Assembly: GCA_017630155.1 (NCBI GenBank)
Contig: JAGBVU010000005.1
Span: forward strand, 144,342 to 208,341
Direction of reading: 5' to 3'
DNA length: 64,000 nt
Source of the DNA: Bacteroidales bacterium
GTDB taxonomy: Bacteria > Bacteroidota > Bacteroidia > Bacteroidales > UBA932
Positions 38,501 through 45,347 of the stretch are shown here, in pieces (the stretch's first letter is position 1; every line of letters starts with the position of its first letter). A program made the translations under genes and the position numbers. The notes below the pieces were generated by a model. It worked only from the letters and a program-made list of their open reading frames with translations, was not told where the DNA came from and searched no databases.

Positions 38501-39025
38501 TTGGTACTCATTTACCTTAAGAGGCAACAAGTCGGCATCCTTCTCGAACAGATAGGCAAGATCGTAAGGAAGCAACAAAAGGTCAACATTGTAGTTCTGC
38601 GGGATTGCATTTATTGCTCCTAAAAACTCCTTGATTGTTGACCAACACTTTGCATCATATGTCTTCAGGTGAAAACACACATGCAATGATGTAGAATCTC
38701 CAGGATTGTTAATCGTTACTTGACGATTATATAATTCAGAGTAAAAGCTCTTCAAATACTCGCTTCTATTCGCTGCCGGGATACGATATTTCTCAACAGA
38801 CTTTACTGAGTACAAGTTATCAATACCTGCAACAAACTTACTGGCATCATCTAGAGCAGGTATGGCCTCATAAAAAATAGAGTCTCCTTCCCGCTTGTCA
38901 TCAAATAATATGGCACGAAAAAAATCCGTCGACTTTTCATTACCATACTTAATGATGTACTCCTGAAGATTGCAAAGCATCTGCTCGGCATTACTGCCGA
39001 GCATTATATGCACCGTGTGTCTCAT
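35522..39025 (-). CDS. Multidomain membrane protein: degenerate tubulin-like N-domain, papain-like (C1) cysteine peptidase, coiled coil, 2 TM helices, C-terminal domain
   Basis: Peptidase C1 triad motifs KDQGEIGACSAFS (Cys546), GNHAMILCGY (His689), VRNSWG (Asn707). TM helices at about aa 853-875 and 884-903. The N-terminus aligns by eye to the GTPase of the upstream gene but has lost the glycine loops. Confidence 0.8.
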   Translation of the reverse strand: MRHTVHIMLGSNAEQMLCNLQEYIIKYGNEKSTDFFRAILFDDKREGDSIFYEAIPALDDASKFVAGIDNLYSVKSVEKYRIPAANRSEYLKSFYSELYNRQVTINNPGDSTSLHVCFHLKTYDAKCWSTIKEFLGAINAIPQNYNVDLLLLPYDLAYLFEKDADLLPLKVNEYQQQTKKTINEIIEFNKTQRQIAHAILLQNCNSAGVALNLVLESFVRIIGEYTLLSLNHYQELFNPAAESEDRLIHALGLSVLSFDKYYFVQYLLHKAYINILDREKVRQEEVDVNKVSQIVQKILKENVEIFTSFYNKSVKARLDRGEQQDEIIAQIHPELQTEVQRLTDVFQSFVDDDNLSLPEKKATLAQLLGEDDDLLTGYMFNKRQLVIDDCAREVLDLFVQLNNNLAALYPTTSIEETDVATEKTERESIAEYAALSGSAKTAVASASAIIDDVKAIKVRMRESSNYIRHKSEELEGVEVLIKDNTESQKRLTRDGFVFEGKTYQLQANVTEIPCSEDYVPKTNLPAKVDLRPFFTTIKDQGEIGACSAFSIVGIFEYILKRNSISEPDLSESFVYYNVRKANNKEKEDTGSSLFEVISSITDKGVCHERFCPYSETLDINPSQEAYDDAQSNKIIKALNVKGTLDDIKSAISEGYPVAISLKIYDSFEPVEGFISRPTSEEISGESGNHAMILCGYSEEEKIFIVRNSWGTRFGDRGYCYIPYSYIADPSLMNIACIITQISDNKLTVGGKDNKTTISFDMSNSQIKAAILKNLIEEEKVNLATLSTKFSAKTVEYNTLTQLLGNNATRNSICDGSIKRLEMEKRDLHSSKERVHEERTVQLEAFDKKTKVTKWVFWGVAATILLTFILVCSYSESVEDVLFSTVSYIVYGLLVVGSLVFALWSKQRKHKKVDLDEDYKHRLDRITDEITKRTREIDIIHIKTHVAGMIIDSLSKLSKNLHTKYNGMKSYVGNLKVWRAEEEESVKIEPMNREPFLSLISNPCLDSYFEEQKDSITKEIRLSSMFKNQYNISEDQIIKFKNTLKETLINALWSRLKGFSIYKHVVGEENYPYVDRRYTDVNELLQQMDKKSDAFVRKESMIESRDSRNTNCKLLFLSASLESERSKWNELCKHNFQHEPTLWATNTDDMITLLQIVGMSTDEISLLK

Positions 39026-39029
39026 AGAC

Positions 39030-41771
39030 CTATAGATGTTTCTTTACGTAATCGAGTTCCAAAGTTATAAGCTCTCTGATTCTCTCAAATCCCTTTGCCT
39101 TTATTTGGTCCTTTGTCATATTTATCTGAGAGTAAGCATTCAGATAGTTAGCCTTCGCAGCAGATATTATCTTTAAAACAGCCTCCTGCCCCTTTTGAGA
39201 AACAAGGGTTTCAATAATATCAGTAAACTCTTTCAATATCACGGCCTTGTTCCTTCTAAACTCATCATAAGCCTCATCGCGATATTTGCCCAAATCTACC
39301 CAGTTATCATCCAGAGTATCTCCTAGTTCCTGACTCTGGAACTGATATGTACCATTGTCATTTCTCACAAGGCCAAAAATAAAGCCCTTAACCCACATTT
39401 CAAGTAAATCGTCATCAGAAGCCCTCTTAGGAACAATAGCATACTCTTCTCTTACCATTCTTGTCAACATATTATTGTCGAAATGGCAGTTTACATTACA
39501 ATCCTCATATTCTCTCTTGTATTCCTGAATTGATGAGATTGCGTATGCCGGAACTACACCAACCTGTCTATAGATGATGATTCTATCGTTCACGCCGATG
39601 TTTGCAAAATCCACATCCGCAGTACCATGTATCTTACCCTTGAAATAGTTGTCCTTAAAGAGACGACTCGTTGCTTTATTTGGTACACCCACATAGAAAC
39701 TATCTCTAGGATTTTCCTTTGGAGCATAACCTCTATAATTGTATCGGAACAATGGCATAGACTTCTTGACTGCCAATTCTACAACATGCTTGAAATCGTC
39801 TTCTGACAATTTATCAATTATCTGATCAATTGTTGTCTCTGCCAATGACTTTGCGACATGAGTGCGTGATGTATAACGCAAGAGCATATCCTCTACCTCT
39901 CCTGAAGACAACTCATGGAATCCGTATATTTTTCCTTCATTGATTAGTGTCCTTACAAAATCCGAAATCTGGATATCATCCTGCTTAACAGACACTTTTG
40001 ATGCCGCTTCTAGGGCAAGGTCGATCTGGAAAGTACGAGAAGTCTTACCCACACTGTTCTGGATCTTTGAAAGATCAGATGTAAACTTCTTATATATACC
40101 ATTAAGAGTGCTATGTATAACCTTCACTTTATCCTCAGCAATCTGAAGCATTGACAGAATATTGTTAAACACAGTGAGCGCAGAGGTCCTACGAACGATC
40201 TCTCTCTGACATACCACAAGCTGCCTTACCGCATCAGCCACATCTGTAGCTCTATCCTCTAAAGTCGACGACTTCTTAAAGAACTTGGAGTCATATTCTT
40301 TAAGATCCGCTACTGCGGTTTCCATCGCAGTTCTCAGCCTTGGCTCCTTGTCAACAAAGTCTTCTTTCTCTTTCTGCATCTCTCCGATGAAGAGATTTAC
40401 CTGAGTACGAATACCCTCAATAATTTTTGCCGCAGTTGAAACACCACACTCTTTATTGATATTTGCCACCAAGAGTTCACGAAGTTCCTTCCTAACTCTT
40501 GATGTCAAAGTAGTAATCTTAGGTGACACGAATTCATCAGCCAACTGCTGAGCTGCAATGTACTGCTGGATTTCAGGAGTTGGATTAGCATACTCGTTGA
40601 TAGTGATATCATACTTTGGATTCTTATCAGCAATGAAATCAATAACGTGGTCATTATTATTGTTTTCTCTGATATTCACTTTCTCAGAATCAATCCAAGA
40701 GTTTACAATCACATCAATATCCTCACATGTATTTTGTAATCTCTCAATGAGACTCTTTGCTGCCTTGATTGAATATATCTTACTAATTGACGAACTCTTG
40801 TAAAGAATCTCGCAAACACCCATACCTGCAGCCCATGCCTTTTTGTTCTCAATATCCATTGAGCCTTCTGCAATATTCTTCTCAAGGTTATCACTCACAC
40901 TCGCTGATGCAGTGGACAGCTCTCCTGCTGAGGTAACCAGAGCAAGACTTATCATCTCGGTCAGTTCATCAATATGAGTATACGAATCATTATTCTCATT
41001 CTTATTATCAATGAAAACGACCGAATTGAATGGTCGCTCTTTTATCTCATAACTATCTCTTATGTACTCCAATTTGACAGGAGTAGATCCAATACCCATA
41101 TGCATGAGATAGTCAAGATCCTGAATTGCACCATATGCATTTGGTGCAACTTTTGCCATACCTGAATTAGACATCGACTTGAACACATCCGGAAGGACCG
41201 CATAACCTGTAAGTTTGCATCCCGGAGCCTCCTTACGAAGCAGATATGCCATATTTAAGAAAGTGCCACATCCTGTTCCACCACACACAGAGAATATCAT
41301 ATGAATCTCTGTATCTGAGCCCAAGAGCTCATACTTATCGTTATTGATTATTCTTGCATTTGTAATCTGGTCAAGAATGCTTCTAATCTTCTGCGCTACC
41401 TGAACATAATTAACTGTGAATGCAAATCTTCCATTTGTCCTTACCTGTCCTGCGCCCTGATTCAGGGAAGACAATGCATACAAGTTCTTATCTGGCACCC
41501 AAGAAAAGTACTCCTTATTCACATCATATATAGGTCGAGGATCTCGAACAATAATAGGAAGCTGCTCATTTGGCAAAAGGGAAATTTCCTCACCCGTTGT
41601 AGATGGGAGAGTCTTCTTATATTGATTTCCATCTGTATCAATACCCATGAAGCCGATCATAGGTGGAACCTCACCATATGTATCAACGAACATCTTCTTT
41701 GTGTGAAGAAGCGCATTCATACCTGTACCACCCATTCCGACGTACAGGCATCTTTTAATTTTTGAGCCCAT
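39030..41771 (-). CDS. Tubulin/FtsZ-superfamily GTPase-like protein with a long helical C-terminal extension
   Basis: T1-like GMGGTGMNA (aa 12-20), T3-like NQGAGQVRTNG (aa 104-114), and T4 signature-like CGGTGCG (aa 163-169), in the correct order. 913 aa. Confidence 0.7.
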   Translation of the reverse strand: MGSKIKRCLYVGMGGTGMNALLHTKKMFVDTYGEVPPMIGFMGIDTDGNQYKKTLPSTTGEEISLLPNEQLPIIVRDPRPIYDVNKEYFSWVPDKNLYALSSLNQGAGQVRTNGRFAFTVNYVQVAQKIRSILDQITNARIINNDKYELLGSDTEIHMIFSVCGGTGCGTFLNMAYLLRKEAPGCKLTGYAVLPDVFKSMSNSGMAKVAPNAYGAIQDLDYLMHMGIGSTPVKLEYIRDSYEIKERPFNSVVFIDNKNENNDSYTHIDELTEMISLALVTSAGELSTASASVSDNLEKNIAEGSMDIENKKAWAAGMGVCEILYKSSSISKIYSIKAAKSLIERLQNTCEDIDVIVNSWIDSEKVNIRENNNNDHVIDFIADKNPKYDITINEYANPTPEIQQYIAAQQLADEFVSPKITTLTSRVRKELRELLVANINKECGVSTAAKIIEGIRTQVNLFIGEMQKEKEDFVDKEPRLRTAMETAVADLKEYDSKFFKKSSTLEDRATDVADAVRQLVVCQREIVRRTSALTVFNNILSMLQIAEDKVKVIHSTLNGIYKKFTSDLSKIQNSVGKTSRTFQIDLALEAASKVSVKQDDIQISDFVRTLINEGKIYGFHELSSGEVEDMLLRYTSRTHVAKSLAETTIDQIIDKLSEDDFKHVVELAVKKSMPLFRYNYRGYAPKENPRDSFYVGVPNKATSRLFKDNYFKGKIHGTADVDFANIGVNDRIIIYRQVGVVPAYAISSIQEYKREYEDCNVNCHFDNNMLTRMVREEYAIVPKRASDDDLLEMWVKGFIFGLVRNDNGTYQFQSQELGDTLDDNWVDLGKYRDEAYDEFRRNKAVILKEFTDIIETLVSQKGQEAVLKIISAAKANYLNAYSQINMTKDQIKAKGFERIRELITLELDYVKKHL

Positions 41772-41782
41772 TGTGTTATTAT

Positions 41783-42712
41783 TTATGATATTACTATTTT
41801 TGATTTACTACCTGTCTGGATATTCTCCAGAGTATATTCCTGTGCTTTTTTCAGAATACGAGAATCGACCATAAAGTCCTTTCCTTGTCGTATTCTAATG
41901 CTGCTCTTATCCCTTGGTTCAAAAGCGACATCAGATGTCCATCTCGGATCAACTACAAACTTCGTTTCACCAACAAAGGTCTTCTCAAAGAATCCTTGTT
42001 TTGCCTTATCTTTTGATGATGTCAGAATAACTTTATGAAATCCTCGTGCTCTAACTACATTGGAAAACTGATCGCTCTGAATACTGATATTTCCGATTTT
42101 AAAAGTTGGAAAGAAAATCGGCTTGAGAATAAAAATCCAAACTAGCAATGCGATGATAATTCCCGAAAAGCTAAATGTCATTCCCTCTGCTAAAGGATTC
42201 CATACTTTCTTCTTTTCCGCGGTTACTTCCATCAAAGCAGTATTATCATCATTGAACTGAGAAGGATCCGTGTCGTTAATTCTATCAAGTCCTCCATCTT
42301 CAAGAACTTTGATATACCAATAATGAACTTTACTTTCTGCACCTTTAGTAAACACAACCCCTACTGTAAGCTTTTCAGTTGTAGGAGGGACTGTTATAGT
42401 ATTGCCATCTACCTGCTGCTTATCAACAAATAGCTGCATCTCATTCTCCATAACTTGAACATAACGACCAGAGTCATTCTTCTTAAAGATACCAAGTACC
42501 AATGGCTCACGCATATGATTCCTTGAATCCTCATTGAAATCAAAGCATATAGTCTTTGTTAATGTATCAGGGACATGCTTCTTCCACAAGAAATCATCAT
42601 ATACTTTAGAACGTCCCCACGAAGTAGATGGGAGTTTTGTCTCCGAATCACATCCTATCGCTAAAAATAAGACTAGCGAAACTAAGAAAGCAAACTTTAT
42701 TTTAGAGCACAT
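41783..42712 (-). CDS. Lipoprotein with C-terminal TM helix, unknown function
   Basis: Start moved to the ATG at 42712 (MCSKIKFAFLVSLVLFLAIGC, lipobox). Hydrophobic helix FSGIIIALLVWIFILKPIFF near aa 190-210 of that form. Confidence 0.6.
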   Translation of the reverse strand: MCSKIKFAFLVSLVLFLAIGCDSETKLPSTSWGRSKVYDDFLWKKHVPDTLTKTICFDFNEDSRNHMREPLVLGIFKKNDSGRYVQVMENEMQLFVDKQQVDGNTITVPPTTEKLTVGVVFTKGAESKVHYWYIKVLEDGGLDRINDTDPSQFNDDNTALMEVTAEKKKVWNPLAEGMTFSFSGIIIALLVWIFILKPIFFPTFKIGNISIQSDQFSNVVRARGFHKVILTSSKDKAKQGFFEKTFVGETKFVVDPRWTSDVAFEPRDKSSIRIRQGKDFMVDSRILKKAQEYTLENIQTGSKSKIVIS

Positions 42713-43715
42713 AGAACGACACGGTTTTTTCTGGTTTGTTAATAAGCTGAACTCTTGTAGATTCATCAAGCAATCGCGTGTTTTTATGAGGACCATCCGT
42801 TGAGACAGGAGTCATTTGCAATGTAATATCATTATATGATTCCCAGCTCATTGCCATTATATCCGACTTTGAACGTTTGAATTTAGGATGTACCTCAAAT
42901 GAATAATTTTCATCCATGGTCACAACCTCATCAATCTCTATATAAGGATTATCTTCTGTCTTGAAATGAACTTGATATCCAGGCTGCACATCACCGCCAT
43001 ATGACGAGAACTTCACAGATTTTGGTTCGCCATACTCGTCACGTACACTTATGACAAGACCTATTCCCTTAGTCGCACTTACATTCAGCTGTCGGATATC
43101 ACCTATACCTGACATATCGCCATCCGAAAGATCAACTGTTTCAAAATTACATATCTCCTTAAGTTTGATAATCAGGTCCCCATTCTCTTTCGCGGCATCC
43201 GTCAAAAGGATATAGTAACCATACACATCCTTCGATTTCGCAATCTGACACCAATTATCAAGGATATGCTTCAATTTGTTAGGATCAACATTATCTACTC
43301 CATCCGTCATTAGCTTCATAATATCAATCTTATCCGTAGTAAAGATTTTATCAATCGCATGCTGCAGCGGGGCAGAGATGTTTGTATTGGTAATATTGTC
43401 GTTTTTGTATGCTTTAATTTTTGATTTGAGATTAGCTTTTCCCTGAGGAGTTGCAAACTCTTTCCAAACGTCACAATACTTTGAATTTTGGAAAGGCACA
43501 ACTACGATTTCTGTTCTCTCATTAGTAATAGACTCAATATCTTTAATCATTGCAGTCACCACCTTGTCATAAATATTCGGAGAGCCGTTATATCCTTTCA
43601 TTGATAAAGTAACATCCCAAAGATATGTCATACGGATATCTTTGTATGAATCACTTCTTGCTGTGCCTGCTATTAAGGCAAACATCAAACAACATAAATA
43701 CTTAGTGTTTTTCAT
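42702..43715 (-). CDS. Secreted von Willebrand factor A (vWA) domain protein
   Basis: Signal peptide MKNTKYLCCLMFALIAGTARS. MIDAS-like DVTLS (DxTxS) at aa 34-38 and the downstream LMTDG motif. C-terminal beta-rich domain. Confidence 0.7.
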   Translation of the reverse strand: MKNTKYLCCLMFALIAGTARSDSYKDIRMTYLWDVTLSMKGYNGSPNIYDKVVTAMIKDIESITNERTEIVVVPFQNSKYCDVWKEFATPQGKANLKSKIKAYKNDNITNTNISAPLQHAIDKIFTTDKIDIMKLMTDGVDNVDPNKLKHILDNWCQIAKSKDVYGYYILLTDAAKENGDLIIKLKEICNFETVDLSDGDMSGIGDIRQLNVSATKGIGLVISVRDEYGEPKSVKFSSYGGDVQPGYQVHFKTEDNPYIEIDEVVTMDENYSFEVHPKFKRSKSDIMAMSWESYNDITLQMTPVSTDGPHKNTRLLDESTRVQLINKPEKTVSFYVL

Positions 43716-43914
43716 AGAAACGCATTATAATATACCATTAAAACGAAAGCGTGGCGCTGAAGCTTATCTAACTGACTGGTCCTAGGAATAACCGCGTGAA
43801 TAAATAAGCGACAACCCCACGCCGTAAATCCGGATTGGATACGACGAAGGAGCGAGCTTATCCTCTTCACTTATGAATTTCCTAGGTTCGTCAGTGAGAA
43901 CAAACTACACTTTC
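43716..43914 (-). other. ~200 nt GC-richer structured insert between the promoter and the vWA gene, flanked by an 11 bp direct repeat
   Basis: gtgtttttcat occurs at 43705-43715 and 43915-43925. Nested complementary arms: aaacgaaagcgtg / cactttcgtgttt and ctgac..cctaggaa / ttcctagg..gtcag. Confidence 0.5.
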
Positions 43915-43935
43915 GTGTTTTTCATCATGTATGTG

Positions 43936-43943
43936 CAAATATA
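43936..43943 (-). promoter_or_regulatory. -7 box TATATTTG (minus strand) upstream of the four-gene operon
   Basis: Reverse complement of caaatata. It ends about 8 nt before the ATGATG of the 7-codon upstream ORF. Confidence 0.4.
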
Positions 43944-44056
43944 AATATTTATCCGTTTATAAACGAATAAATACGGATTTATTCCTCACTTAAAGAATAT
44001 TACATAAATCATCTCATTGCTGTCCGGTAAGTTCCGGACAGCAATGAGTCTCCTAA

Positions 44057-44097
44057 TAAAAACAAAGAGCCATCATCGCTCCTGATGACAGCTCTTT
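44057..44097 (-). terminator. Hairpin terminator after the DUF1016 gene; sequence shared with 33703-33741 and half of it with 34822-34845
   Basis: On the minus strand, aaaagagctgtcatcaggagcgatgatggctcttt is followed by gtttttatt. Confidence 0.6.
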
Positions 44098-44173
44098 TGA
44101 TTCTGTTGCGGTCGTAGGTTTTCTTCGATTTGTGGATCACTTTATTTGCATATACAGAAACACTCCCGACTAA

Positions 44174-45289
44174 TTATTCTTCGGGAGTGTCTTGCTGTAA
44201 TTTGAATATCTCTTTTTGCAATTCTATCTCTTCTTTCAATTGGTCAATTGATGGCAGATAGGTTAAATATCTTGCTTGGAATAACCGTTCATTATCGTGA
44301 AGCACTGAGTAACGAGCCATATCCTCACTTGTTTCAGAACAAAGGATAAGCCCAATGGTCGGATTATCGCCTTCTGTTCTTTTAATGCTATCGTACATTC
44401 TTACATACATGTCCATCTGTCCGACATCTTGATGTGTAATCCTTGATGCTTTAAGGTCTATCAATAAGAAACATTTGAGGATATAGTTGTAAAATACCAA
44501 ATCAATGAAATAATCACCTATATCGGTTTTAATATGTTGCTGACGAGCAACAAAAGCATAACCCTTACCTAACTCCATAACAAACTTTTGGATATGGGTA
44601 ATGATAGATGATTCCAATTTGGTCTCTGAAAAGTCAGAATTTGGAGACAATCCCAAGAACTCTGCTACAACGGGATTTTTGATGAACTCCAATTTATCTT
44701 GCTGGTATGGTGCTGTAATCTGTTTCATCTCCTCTTTGACCACCTGCTTATTCTGTGATTGTAGCAAACGGTAGTAATATTGTGAAGCGATGTTTCGGTC
44801 AAGTGTTCTTGCACTCCATACTTCAGTTATAGATTCGTTAAGATACCAATCTCTGGCATTTTTATCTGTAACTCGCAACAAATTGCGGTAATGTGTCCAA
44901 GATAGTATTTGGGATTTTCCACTCACTGTGTGGAAAATCTCAGGGAAGAACTTATAAAACTGAACAAACTGATAGAGATTGCTCTTTGTGAATCCCTTAC
45001 CATATACATTCGTAAGGTAATCGGCAAGTCGTTTGATAATTTCCTTACCATACTCAGCTCTATTCTCTCCCTGCAATTCTTCATCAACAATACGCTTACC
45101 CAACAGCCAATTACGCTGTACCATAGCCACATTAACGGCTTGATATGCATAATTGCGTGTTTGTTCAATGATATTCTGTGCATCCCTAAAAATATCACCT
45201 GTATTGCTAGCCTTTAGTATCTCTATGTCTTGTTTCATAATGCAAAGATATATACTTTTGTCGAAATGAGACACATACAATGATTCCAT
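44174..45289 (-). CDS. PDDEXK nuclease domain protein (DUF1016 / YhcG family)
   Basis: 371 aa. N-terminal helical DUF1016 region and a C-terminal restriction-endonuclease-like core (DLVFYNYILKCFLLIDLK = D...(D/E)xK pattern). Confidence 0.8.
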   Translation of the reverse strand: MESLYVSHFDKSIYLCIMKQDIEILKASNTGDIFRDAQNIIEQTRNYAYQAVNVAMVQRNWLLGKRIVDEELQGENRAEYGKEIIKRLADYLTNVYGKGFTKSNLYQFVQFYKFFPEIFHTVSGKSQILSWTHYRNLLRVTDKNARDWYLNESITEVWSARTLDRNIASQYYYRLLQSQNKQVVKEEMKQITAPYQQDKLEFIKNPVVAEFLGLSPNSDFSETKLESSIITHIQKFVMELGKGYAFVARQQHIKTDIGDYFIDLVFYNYILKCFLLIDLKASRITHQDVGQMDMYVRMYDSIKRTEGDNPTIGLILCSETSEDMARYSVLHDNERLFQARYLTYLPSIDQLKEEIELQKEIFKLQQDTPEE

Positions 45290-45347
45290 CTAGTAGAACA
45301 AAACGGCCCAGATCTTTAACGAATCTAGGCCTATTTTTTTATTTATT
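44857..45347. repeat. ~490 bp direct repeat, copy 2 (pairs with 34847..35336)
   Basis: See copy 1. This copy lies in its native context: a full-length nuclease gene and the true 3' end of the neighbouring gene. Confidence 0.9.

Noticed and set aside
41783-42796. Longer form of the lipoprotein ORF starting at 42796 (95 nt overlap with the vWA gene).
   Set aside because: The extension precedes a good lipoprotein signal that begins at the ATG at 42712. The shorter form gives an 11 nt overlap, typical of coupled genes.
43741-43920. tRNA, tmRNA, 6S RNA or retron ncRNA.
   Set aside because: No cloverleaf or T-loop (GTTCRANYC) can be drawn. No reverse transcriptase gene is nearby. A 6S-like identity is unlikely inside an AT-rich island. 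It is left as an unclassified structured insert.
29095-45289. Prophage or integrative conjugative element.
   Set aside because: No integrase, transposase, capsid, tail, terminase, relaxase or T4SS genes occur in the region. The only phage-associated domain is Bro-N, fused to Fic. The region is better described as a mosaic defense/accessory island.
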